The notes beneath the pieces were generated by a model. It did not search any database and was not told where the DNA came from. It saw only the letters and a program-made list of their open reading frames with translations. The position numbers and the translations under genes are program-made. A DNA stretch of 34,939 nucleotides from a virus. Taxonomy: Duplodnaviria > Caudoviricetes. Where the stretch lies: positions 1 to 34,939 of IMG/VR virus record IMGVR_UViG_3300012942_000092. One strand, written 5' to 3'. Shown in pieces: positions 27,524-34,939 of the stretch. How positions within the stretch are numbered: the first letter of the stretch is position 1; every line of letters begins with the position of its first letter.

Positions 27524-28822
27524 TTATGCCCACGGGATTTTAGAGTTTTTCGGGGTTCGTTTACCTGCCAGTTTTCTAACTATATATCTGATGGCATCCC
27601 AGCTGTGATTAAACTTATCGATAGGAATGCCGGCCTTTTTATCGTTCCACTTATAGTTTTTGGCTTCCATAATTACATTGGTGCTGCGGGGCGTGATAAT
27701 GATCTCATAATCATTTATTTGGGCTATGCCGGCACGAATACTATCAGGGCCTTTTTCGCACTCGATAATATTTAATCCTTTCTTTCTTAAATCGGATATC
27801 AAGCGGCCTTCTGCTGAATCAGCCACTATCAAATCATTAGGTGTTCTGATCCTGCTTTTATTGACATTGAGAATATCATCGGTGCTTAAGTGTTTGGTGT
27901 CGTAGTATTCCTCGTCGATGTAAAGCCTGTTTAGTTTCTTATCGATGGCCACACGAATAAGCGTATCCGGATCCACAGACCAACCATAGTCCTGGCCATA
28001 TCCATAAGGAATATTGTTATCGAATTCTCCCAATCTCCAGTTACGAATACAGGCGCCTTCTGCCATATCTGCCCAGCGGCCTATAACAGTAGTGGCGTAC
28101 TTAGAAAACTGGAACTTCCTTTTGTCTAGCTTGCCGTTAATATCGGTACACAATTCAATGGATTGTTCACGGATCTGTAATATCTTACTAAGCCAATCTG
28201 GATGGACGTTCTCTATATTGTCCAGGTAAGTAGTATGGATATGTAATACATCCGGATGGGTGCTGATCTGAACATCTACACCGTCAATTTCAACAATCTT
28301 GTGTGTTTTCTCGATATAGCGTTTGTAAATGAAGTGTTCAGCATCGGTAGGGTTCATCAGAAGGATGATCCTGTTTTGTACCCCCTGCTGGCGTATAGAA
28401 AGCTCCAGCTTCTCAAAATCATCTTCTGACTGCCATTCCTCCATTTCATCACCAATGAAGGTCGTAAGCCCCTGAATGGACTTCAAATTGGCCGTCTGGT
28501 TACCAGATGACGTTTTGATACCCCTGAACATGATTTCAGAGCCGGAAAACAAATTCTTAATGTCAGTTTTGGTGATACTGAACTTGTCAGCCGTATTATC
28601 CATATCTGGCCCCATCTTTTCTTTGAACTCTGGGATAACCGATATATCAGCCGCTGCCATGGTATAACGGGCAAACAGCATCTTATGCCCCTTTTCAAAA
28701 GAAAGGCGCTCTATAAAAGTGGAAGCGTTGAACGATTTAGCGGAGCCACGGCCACCGGTAATTAAAACAATTCGCTTGTCACTTGTATAAAGAGGCTTGT
28801 ATGGGTCCTGGACCTGGATCAT
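27524..28822 (-). CDS. terL: terminase large subunit, PBSX family (start probably MIQVQ at 28822)
   Basis: Walker A GGRGSAKS, Walker B FIGDE, MNP, nuclease QDYGWSVDP, ADSAE, NHSWDAIRY. Confidence 0.95.
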   Translation of the reverse strand: MIQVQDPYKPLYTSDKRIVLITGGRGSAKSFNASTFIERLSFEKGHKMLFARYTMAAADISVIPEFKEKMGPDMDNTADKFSITKTDIKNLFSGSEIMFRGIKTSSGNQTANLKSIQGLTTFIGDEMEEWQSEDDFEKLELSIRQQGVQNRIILLMNPTDAEHFIYKRYIEKTHKIVEIDGVDVQISTHPDVLHIHTTYLDNIENVHPDWLSKILQIREQSIELCTDINGKLDKRKFQFSKYATTVIGRWADMAEGACIRNWRLGEFDNNIPYGYGQDYGWSVDPDTLIRVAIDKKLNRLYIDEEYYDTKHLSTDDILNVNKSRIRTPNDLIVADSAEGRLISDLRKKGLNIIECEKGPDSIRAGIAQINDYEIIITPRSTNVIMEAKNYKWNDKKAGIPIDKFNHSWDAIRYIVRKLAGKRTPKNSKIPWA

Positions 28823-29358
28823 TTTTCTTCCGATACCTGTCCCGACATAGCTAATAGCCACTTATCAGGGGAGATGCTACCAGTCACAGACGCTTTGACA
28901 TCCTGCTCTACACGGTCTTTATAGCCATATTTGTTTTTAAGGACAAACTCGTCCATACGTTCACCAGAATAGATCAATCTATACTCTAAGGTCTCCTCTA
29001 TAATGCCTATACGGTCGGACACGTTAACGTTATCTTTAAACTTTTGCTTCCATTCTGACCACTGTTGTTTTGTCACTCCATGAATAAGCCGGACCTCTCC
29101 AATCAATTTTAAGTCATTGGCTCTCACTGGGTTATTATTTGCCATACCTGTAGTATCGGAAATAATCGTTTCCCAGATCGCATTTAGCTTTTCCATTACT
29201 TTGTCTTCGGTCCATATCTCGGCTGCTTTGTTACCTGGCTTAAATGGGGTCAACTGTGGAGGTACTTTTCCTTTCTGTACTGGCTTTTTTGGTGTTTTCT
29301 TACCTGGCTTCTTTGCAGCCTTTTTAACCACCTTTTTGGGTGTAGTTTTGGTGTTCAT
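28819..29358 (-). CDS. terminase small subunit (start probably MNTKTT at 29358)
   Basis: overlaps the TerL start; FKPGNKAAE.W and F.LKNKYGYKD motifs; the ORF-track start at 29454 would cross a terminator. Confidence 0.75.
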   Translation of the reverse strand: MNTKTTPKKVVKKAAKKPGKKTPKKPVQKGKVPPQLTPFKPGNKAAEIWTEDKVMEKLNAIWETIISDTTGMANNNPVRANDLKLIGEVRLIHGVTKQQWSEWKQKFKDNVNVSDRIGIIEETLEYRLIYSGERMDEFVLKNKYGYKDRVEQDVKASVTGSISPDKWLLAMSGQVSEEK

Positions 29359-29379
29359 AAGTGTTTTGGTTAGGTTATT

Positions 29380-29404
29380 AAAAAAGAGGGCGATTAAGGC
29401 CCTC
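29380..29404 (-). terminator. intrinsic terminator after the Arg-rich micro-ORF
   Basis: GAGGGC-CTTAATC-GCCCTC-TTTTTT. Confidence 0.8.
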
Positions 29405-29413
29405 TGTGACAAA

Positions 29414-29497
29414 TTAGCTGCCTTGTGTTGAGCGGGATGCTCGAACTCTGGCACGAATCTGTCTGCTTGTTAAGATCTGTCCACGTCTACGTCTCAT
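29414..29497 (-). CDS. 27-aa Arg-rich peptide MRRRRGQILTSRQIRARVRASRSTQGS (not in the ORF track)
   Basis: ATG with A-rich leader, TAA then terminator; fills the gap between 29516 and the terminator; 9 Arg and no acidic residues. Confidence 0.7.
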   Translation of the reverse strand: MRRRRGQILTSRQIRARVRASRSTQGS

Positions 29498-29515
29498 AAG
29501 TTAACGTTTTAATTG

Positions 29516-29887
29516 TTAGGAAATATCTGATAAGTCTACCAGCTTTTTGTTGATCCGGAAAGCGCCTGGTGCTTTTTTATCCGGTTCAGTTATTTCTATC
29601 CCCAGTTTCTTTGCAAATGCTTTTCCATCGATATATTGAGGATCAGAAGGGGTAATGCCTAATTTATTGTAGAACTCCTGCAGTTGCCTTGAATTGTTGA
29701 AAGTGATCACTGCAAAATAATTCGCATCTACATTGTCTTTGAAAGTATCTTTTTCCTTTTGAGCTGCTTTGCTGAATTCGGTTGTTAATTCGCTTAGTTC
29801 CTCTTTGCAGTCCTGTTCAATGTTACCGCCGACCACTTTCTTTGGTTTTTGCTTTAAAGCGTTCTTTGTATCGAATTTAAATGCCAT
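29516..29887 (-). CDS. hypothetical partner of the PAPS-reductase-like gene
   Basis: overlaps the end of the PP-loop gene; F.VITF....Q...F...LG...YIDG..FAK.LG pattern. Confidence 0.7.
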   Translation of the reverse strand: MAFKFDTKNALKQKPKKVVGGNIEQDCKEELSELTTEFSKAAQKEKDTFKDNVDANYFAVITFNNSRQLQEFYNKLGITPSDPQYIDGKAFAKKLGIEITEPDKKAPGAFRINKKLVDLSDIS

Positions 29888-30566
29888 ATCGTTTTAATTC
29901 AACATCGATTAATGGGAAAAATTGTTTTAGTTTCTCGTAATCATCTGGGAAGTGATCTTTTAATGGCTTTATAAATCTATAGTCTAAGCCATCGAATGAT
30001 TTACCCCAGATCTTATAATCTACTGGCAGCTTAATGCCAGAGTCTTTGATTTCTTTTACCAGGCGTTCGATATTCCAGTCATAAACAGGAAAGAACGTTT
30101 TTCTATTCTCGTTGACCGCGCCAAATTTGTTGATTGAGCGCCACCTATTGAGCGAATCAGAAGCCCGTACGCCTATTGCTGCCATTACATTATCTTCTAA
30201 ACCCAGGTCATCTTTTACATAGCCGTTTACGTCATCGTTATCAAAATTGGGTAATTGCATTTTCTGAATGATTGCCCAGGATAATTTTGACTGAAATAGC
30301 CCACTGTTTAGATGTTTGTAAAGCATCTGATTAGGAACTCTGATTATCTTTGTTCCCATGACCTCTTCATAGTAAGACAAAGATTTGTTTATAAAGTCTA
30401 AATCCGGATGCAAGTAGTGGTAAATTGGTACAATCTTATGGAAGTATTTCCTCAGCTGGATATATGAAGCGATTGCATCTTTCCCACATGAAAACCGCAA
30501 AAGACAGACACCGTTTAACCGTTCTGCCATTTTCTCGCAAAGTTCCTCACTTGTTTTGTATTCCAT
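29877..30566 (-). CDS. PAPS-reductase-like PP-loop protein (start probably MEYKTS at 30566)
   Basis: FSCGKDA PP-loop, GVRASDSLNR, FPVYDW, LPVDY..WG.SFDG motifs. Confidence 0.8.
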   Translation of the reverse strand: MEYKTSEELCEKMAERLNGVCLLRFSCGKDAIASYIQLRKYFHKIVPIYHYLHPDLDFINKSLSYYEEVMGTKIIRVPNQMLYKHLNSGLFQSKLSWAIIQKMQLPNFDNDDVNGYVKDDLGLEDNVMAAIGVRASDSLNRWRSINKFGAVNENRKTFFPVYDWNIERLVKEIKDSGIKLPVDYKIWGKSFDGLDYRFIKPLKDHFPDDYEKLKQFFPLIDVELKRYGI

Positions 30567-30568
30567 AG

Positions 30569-31012
30569 TTAAAACAGACACGGTTTGCACTTATCTGTAT
30601 TGATTGTCAATAATTTAGATTCTATTTCCGGAAAAATTTCCTCTACCTGCTTTCTTAAGTCGTACATGTCATTTTTTAACCAGGCACGTACTTCTTTGAA
30701 CATAACTGAACAATTACTTTCTTTCATGCCTATTTGCTCCGCTACTGCTTTGCATAAGCCTTGTTTGAGTGTAAGCGCCCTATTATCTTCTGCATACATT
30801 TTAGGATGATATTTCTTGAATACGACAGCAATAAACGCCCGTTTATCTGTATAGCCCAGTGAATCAAAAGCCTCCTTAATAGTGCTAACCCTGTGAACAT
30901 CCAAAGTACAGCGAATCTTAGATAATTCGGCCATTGCTTTGGTATATGCATCAGGCGCCAGGCACTTTAATAGTCTATGAGCTGAACTATTTTCCTTTCG
31001 AGATAATGCCAT
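30569..31012 (-). CDS. hypothetical, possible DNA-binding late regulator
   Basis: own promoter; GLCKAVAEQIGMKESNCSVMFKEV is HTH-like. Confidence 0.55.
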   Translation of the reverse strand: MALSRKENSSAHRLLKCLAPDAYTKAMAELSKIRCTLDVHRVSTIKEAFDSLGYTDKRAFIAVVFKKYHPKMYAEDNRALTLKQGLCKAVAEQIGMKESNCSVMFKEVRAWLKNDMYDLRKQVEEIFPEIESKLLTINTDKCKPCLF

Positions 31013-31028
31013 CTGTCAAATGTTTACA

Positions 31029-31070
31029 CAAATATAGTTTAATTATTGCTATCTGACAAATGGTAAGTTA
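31029..31070 (-). promoter_or_regulatory. promoter of the pre-terminase cassette, overlapped by the 18-bp shared motif
   Basis: TTTG (31060..31057)-N20-TATATTTG (31036..31029); TAACTTACCATTTGTCAG at 31070..31053. Confidence 0.7.
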
Positions 31071-31310
31071 TAAGCCCAAATAAAAGCGTAATTCGTTTGC
31101 AATAGTATCATCTATTTGCATCTTGCCACGACCGTTAACATACTGAAATTCAATATATTCACTATCAATTATGATCTTTGCGTTTACCTCTTTGAAGATC
31201 GTGATATATTCAAGCATTTTGTTAAAAAATTCATATTCACCATGCCACCAGGCACCGCAATATTTTTGCAGATTCGCTTTTACTATTTCCCGTTTTTGCT
31301 TCTTTGTCAT
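31068..31310 (-). CDS. hypothetical protein
   Basis: co-oriented 80-aa ORF. Confidence 0.6.
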   Translation of the reverse strand: MTKKQKREIVKANLQKYCGAWWHGEYEFFNKMLEYITIFKEVNAKIIIDSEYIEFQYVNGRGKMQIDDTIANELRFYLGL

Positions 31311-31340
31311 GATTCACCGTTTAAATACAAATACCCAAAT

Positions 31341-32246
31341 CTAAAGTTTGATTGTGTTCAATTCTTTAATTAATCTCTTGGTGGCCCATTGGGCATTGCC
31401 AGTGATCTTTCTTTGCCAGGCTTTGTTAGTGGGAGACCATTTGAAGGCGTTCTTTTTCATGAGTGCAATAACTTCTGTTGCCGGCTTGCCTTCAAAATAA
31501 AACATGATCCTGTCCAATTCTCCGTTTTCTTCCACTTTGAACCAACTGCTTTCAATTTCATTTTTAACCCCACTATTCCGATTATCAACCTTTTGCTGCA
31601 GTTCTTTGACCCGCTGCTCCAGACGTTTTATGTTCGCTAGATTATTAGTTAACTCAAATGTAGCGAATCCATAAGCGCAACAATGCCCAGGTTTTTGCAG
31701 CTCTTGAGCGACCGGAAAGATCAATCCAAGTTTCATTAATTTTTCCGTGCAGTCAGCACCTTTGGACGCTCTGATGATTTTATTGGCAGTTTTCATCATT
31801 TCTTGATTCTTGACACGCTGAGCCAGTTCGTTTTGGGCTTTTGCCAAGGTGCTATCAATCGTTACCGGCGGTTGGTAAGATTTTATGATTCTGCTTTTCA
31901 CTTTATCTACAACTTCCATAAATTTTTGGTAAGCAGCATGTTCACGGTCATTTGCCTTTTGCGCTCTTTGTACTGGAAAATTTGAGCCACCAGTTATAAA
32001 CGAACTAATACAATTGCTCTTTGCCGATAACCAGGCAGCGAAATACTTTTCATAAACTTCCTGGAAGTTCGCTTCATCGTCTCCGCTATCTTTGCCCCAC
32101 TTTGCGGCTTCATTACTAATTTGATCCAAATATTCCTGTAGCTCAATGGCGTGTTCTTCAATAACTCGTTTGCCGACTCTTTGCGGATCCATATGAATCC
32201 CGCTGTGCGCTCTTATTGCCTGTTCTGCGAATCTTTCTAATAACAT
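31341..32246 (-). CDS. DUF3560 / polyvalent-protein-associated-like protein
   Basis: SSFITGGSNFP, LTNNLANIKRLEQR, DRI..YF.GKP...MKKNAFKWSP..KAWQR pattern. Confidence 0.6.
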   Translation of the reverse strand: MLLERFAEQAIRAHSGIHMDPQRVGKRVIEEHAIELQEYLDQISNEAAKWGKDSGDDEANFQEVYEKYFAAWLSAKSNCISSFITGGSNFPVQRAQKANDREHAAYQKFMEVVDKVKSRIIKSYQPPVTIDSTLAKAQNELAQRVKNQEMMKTANKIIRASKGADCTEKLMKLGLIFPVAQELQKPGHCCAYGFATFELTNNLANIKRLEQRVKELQQKVDNRNSGVKNEIESSWFKVEENGELDRIMFYFEGKPATEVIALMKKNAFKWSPTNKAWQRKITGNAQWATKRLIKELNTIKL

Positions 32247-32285
32247 TTCTTATAAGTTTTTGATTTTTAATAAAGCTGGCAAGAA

Positions 32286-32639
32286 TTAATCTTTCCAGAT
32301 AACTTCAATATCGACCATGTTTTTAACTTCATGATTTACAATATATTGGCAAAATTCATAATCCTTCTTAAAGAATTTTGCATCGTTTTTGCATTCAATT
32401 GTAAAGATCTTTTTGATCCATAACCCAGGCGCTTTATTTACTTCTACCAGTTTGGCAAGCTTTAATTCAACTGTAAGTCGATCTTCGTTATAACGATTAC
32501 CCGCTATTTGAGCCATCTCAAATTTTAAATATTCCTGATCATGAACCAATCTTTTTGCTATAACTACGCTTTGGACCTGTCCGTGCTCGTTAGTTAATAC
32601 ATCACCTGGGAAAATATCGTTTATTTCAAATTGATTCAT
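32286..32639 (-). CDS. hypothetical protein
   Basis: co-oriented 117-aa ORF with A-rich leader. Confidence 0.65.
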   Translation of the reverse strand: MNQFEINDIFPGDVLTNEHGQVQSVVIAKRLVHDQEYLKFEMAQIAGNRYNEDRLTVELKLAKLVEVNKAPGLWIKKIFTIECKNDAKFFKKDYEFCQYIVNHEVKNMVDIEVIWKD

Positions 32640-32677
32640 TGTTTTAAGTTTTTAAGTTTTTCTGGCAAGCAATCGAA

Positions 32678-33154
32678 TTAATAAGCCAATACCCGTCCAC
32701 CTGTTTTAATAGCCTGGGAGCCATATTTTGCTCTTATTTGGCCAATCTCGAACGTTTTACCTTTGCCAGTAGATTTATATTCAGCTGGCCTATAATACCA
32801 CATCATTTTTTTGCTAGCCCAATAGAACCCGTTCGCTTTCAAAACCTCTTTGTGCATTCGAGTATTACCAGATACCCAGATCCAGGACCCGCAAACCTCG
32901 ATTTCGATACCTGAAAGATTAATAATTGCATTAATAATGTCTTTGTACTTTACTGATTCGTTTGCTTCAAAATCTCTTTCCTGCTGACTGAAATTCGAAC
33001 CGCTTAATATTTTTGCAGTCATAAAAGCATACTGACTGTTTAACATCTGCATCATTTCAGTTGAGCCGCCTTTATCTGGATGGAATTTTAACGCAAGCTT
33101 TCTGTAAGCTGCTTTTAATTGTTCGATTGTTTCAATGTTTGAAAAGAATGTCAT
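32678..33154 (-). CDS. J-domain (DnaJ-like) protein
   Basis: LKAAYRKLALKFHPDKGG with the HPD motif; C-terminal GSWIWVSG..LK..GF.W..KK.MWY domain. Confidence 0.85.
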   Translation of the reverse strand: MTFFSNIETIEQLKAAYRKLALKFHPDKGGSTEMMQMLNSQYAFMTAKILSGSNFSQQERDFEANESVKYKDIINAIINLSGIEIEVCGSWIWVSGNTRMHKEVLKANGFYWASKKMMWYYRPAEYKSTGKGKTFEIGQIRAKYGSQAIKTGGRVLAY

Positions 33155-33182
33155 GATATTAGAATTTATTTGTGATTAACAA

Positions 33183-33200
33183 TAACTTACTATTTGTCTG
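33183..33200 (+). promoter_or_regulatory. third copy of the 18-bp motif, inverted, in the leader of the J-domain operon
   Basis: TAACTTACTATTTGTCTG. Confidence 0.6.
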
Positions 33201-33237
33201 TTTCAAGTGCAAACCTTGTTTTTTGCTTTTGATATAT

Positions 33238-33269
33238 CAAAGATAAGTAGTTCAGTCAAATGAACCAAA
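33238..33269 (-). promoter_or_regulatory. promoter of the J-domain operon with a GTTC-N8-GAAC palindrome in its spacer
   Basis: TTTG-N20-TATCTTTG; gttcagtcaaatgaac at 33250..33265. Confidence 0.7.
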
Positions 33270-33276
33270 TAAATTT

Positions 33277-33311
33277 AAAAAAAAGCAGCAATTATTTTCT
33301 AATTACTGCTT
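33277..33311 (-). terminator. terminator after the small HTH gene
   Basis: aagcagcaatta...taattactgctt hairpin with a T-run on the minus strand. Confidence 0.65.
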
Positions 33312-33333
33312 AATGTATTGACAATCAATGATA

Positions 33334-33519
33334 TTATTTTTTCTTCTTTTCTTCTATTTTCCCCAAAAAATCATCTTTTACGTATAATATATAGAATCTA
33401 CCAAAGCTTTTCACGTCCAAAACATCTGGAATTGCTCTTTTCTCTCTTATTAATCTACAGACATATGAAAGAGAAACTTGCTTTTTATCAGCATATTGCG
33501 ATGGAGTTATTTCTGTCAT
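33334..33519 (-). CDS. small HTH DNA-binding protein (Xis/Cro-like)
   Basis: ITPSQYADKKQVSLSYVCRLIRE HTH pattern; adjacent to the integrase. Confidence 0.7.
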   Translation of the reverse strand: MTEITPSQYADKKQVSLSYVCRLIREKRAIPDVLDVKSFGRFYILYVKDDFLGKIEEKKKK

Positions 33520-33536
33520 TGGGTAAATATTTAGGA

Positions 33537-33570
33537 CAAAGGTAATAAAAGTTCATTAGACAGAACCAAT
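33537..33570 (-). promoter_or_regulatory. promoter of the HTH gene with a second GTTC-N8-GAAC palindrome
   Basis: TACCTTTG at 33544..33537; gttcattagacagaac at 33551..33566. Confidence 0.6.
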
Positions 33571-34698
33571 TTATTTTTTTCCGGTATCGGTTTTTTTAAT
33601 CCTGTCCAACATCTTTTTTTGAAGATCTGTGTTTTCTATTCTGGCATAGATCCTGGCTATTTCTGGTGAATCCCCAAGCAGCTCCGCTACATCATCAACT
33701 GATAAGCCCCTTTTAATCCACATCATAGCGAATGTGTGCCGGCCAGAATGGAACTTTACTGTTTTTGGGAAAGGTATGCCAGCGTCGCCGCAAATGGCTT
33801 TTACTGTTTCCCGGGCATCCTGCTCAAATTCCATAAACGGATGATCTTTACAATATTCGAGGATTTTATCCAATGGATCATAAATAGGGGAGGACACTAT
33901 ATTTCCGTTCTTTTTTGCCCTTAAAACAATTGTGCTTCCTTTTACTGATGTGTCATAATTAAATGCTTTACAGTCACTTATTCGATATCCAGTGTAACAA
34001 GAAAGGAGAAAATAATAACCTGTATTCTTTTTTGCTTTATTTTTTAAAGGCTTTACAACGTCATAAAAATCTAGCACTTGTTGCTCTGTCAAATAAACCG
34101 GTATTTTTTGTTTGACAGTTGGCCTTTTATATGCAGCATATTGTTTTTTATCAATCAGTCCTTTTTTCTCTGCAGCATTTAAAAAGGAAATCACCATGCT
34201 CATTTTGGTAAGTACGGTCGCATCCTGCCTGCCGGTCCTGATATGTTTCTCAAATTCCTGCAAAAATTCAATATCTATATCAGAAAATGTAACATTGGGC
34301 CTGAATTCTAATACAAACTTCAAAGCACTCTTTAAATGATTGATTCTTAATTCTGAAAACTTGCCTTTATGTAATTCGATATGGCGGTTTACAAATTTCT
34401 CAAAATCCGCCCCTTTCTTTTCTTCAAAATCTTCTTTGGTTATATTCTTGCCATTAAACACCGCGTCGTTGATTATTTTCTCCACCCGGCTTTTTTCTTT
34501 AATCAAGGTGGCATTATACTGCACTGCATTGGCATGCTTTACTATTTTTTCTCCATTGAACTGAGATTCCAGGACCTTAATGGGGGTAGGGATCACATAA
34601 ACTTTCCTATTTATGATCGCCTGGACGTAAATTTTTACCATTTTGTCTTTAGACTTGTGTCCGGCCTTGAATTTTACTGAGAAGTTTTTGATAAACAT
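33571..34698 (-). CDS. int: tyrosine integrase (start probably MFIKNF at 34698)
   Basis: arm-binding-like N-terminus, SAM-like core, TGYRISD, FHSGRHTFA, C-terminal Tyr (RIYA); next to a tRNA 3' end. Confidence 0.92.
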   Translation of the reverse strand: MFIKNFSVKFKAGHKSKDKMVKIYVQAIINRKVYVIPTPIKVLESQFNGEKIVKHANAVQYNATLIKEKSRVEKIINDAVFNGKNITKEDFEEKKGADFEKFVNRHIELHKGKFSELRINHLKSALKFVLEFRPNVTFSDIDIEFLQEFEKHIRTGRQDATVLTKMSMVISFLNAAEKKGLIDKKQYAAYKRPTVKQKIPVYLTEQQVLDFYDVVKPLKNKAKKNTGYYFLLSCYTGYRISDCKAFNYDTSVKGSTIVLRAKKNGNIVSSPIYDPLDKILEYCKDHPFMEFEQDARETVKAICGDAGIPFPKTVKFHSGRHTFAMMWIKRGLSVDDVAELLGDSPEIARIYARIENTDLQKKMLDRIKKTDTGKK

Positions 34699-34788
34699 TG
34701 CTGAATATTTGATAAACAAGATAAACAATTTTTGTGTAAATCTGTGATTTTGTGTGATAATTTGTGGTGCCTAACTGGCTGAAAATGA

Positions 34789-34818
34789 AAAAGATCAACG
34801 TAAATACGTTGATCTTTT
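34789..34818 (-). terminator. terminator downstream of tRNA-Arg
   Basis: perfect 13-bp inverted repeat aaaagatcaacgt/acgttgatctttt. Confidence 0.8.
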
Positions 34819-34819
34819 G

Positions 34820-34893
34820 TGACCCGGATTGGATTCGAACCAATGGCCTACTGCTTAGAAGGCAGTTGCTCTATCCAGCTGAGCTACCGAGCC
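34820..34893 (-). tRNA. tRNA-Arg(UCU), probable integration site
   Basis: GGCTCGGTAGCTCAGCTGGATAGAGCA-ACTGC-CTTCTAA-GCAGT...GGTTCGAATCC-AATCCGGGTCA cloverleaf. Confidence 0.95.
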
Positions 34894-34939
34894 ATTTAAC
34901 GGGTGCAAAAATATAGGTTTCAATGTGAAAACCCAAAAA

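Larger units (their letters stand above)
251..34820 (-). mobile_element. siphovirus-like prophage (left boundary not determined)
   Basis: co-oriented integrase, packaging, head, tail and lysis modules starting at a tRNA 3' end. Confidence 0.92.

Noticed and set aside
29359-29454. N-terminal extension of TerS as given in the ORF track
   Set aside because: Runs through a terminator and the Arg-rich micro-ORF; the ATG at 29358 has the better A-rich context
417-34680. Numerous plus-strand ORFs and short nested minus-strand ORFs in the ORF track
   Set aside because: Nearly all overlap well-supported minus-strand phage genes and show no recognisable motifs; treated as shadow ORFs
34649-34843. 64-aa ORF starting MVRIQSGSQ
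   Set aside because: Begins inside the tRNA T-arm and crosses its terminator
1-34939. CRISPR array or rRNA
   Set aside because: No regularly spaced repeats or rRNA-like sequence noticed

Overview
Almost the whole window is a long-tailed (siphovirus-like) prophage, encoded on the minus strand and starting just downstream of a host tRNA-Arg(UCU) at the right end. TTTG-N20-TAnnTTTG promoters and A-rich, SD-less translation starts suggest a Bacteroidota host. From right to left the order is: tRNA-Arg, tyrosine integrase, small HTH gene, a J-domain/DUF3560-like early operon, a putative regulator + PAPS-reductase-like + partner + unannotated 27-aa Arg-rich peptide cassette, TerS/TerL, SPP1-type portal, a promoter-bearing accessory island with an atypical tRNA-Asp, an intein-interrupted MuF head protein, head and neck genes, tail tube, tail chaperone with a -1 frameshift, tape measure, Dit, tail accessory genes, a collagen-repeat tail protein and a lysis cassette. 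No repressor, replication module or second att copy is visible. The two best candidates for an undescribed system are (i) a CotH-family atypical kinase in the tail module that shares an N-terminal module with a neighbouring fibre-like protein, and (ii) the PP-loop enzyme + partner + protamine-like micropeptide unit in front of the terminase. All family calls are by-eye motif recognition; no searches were run.
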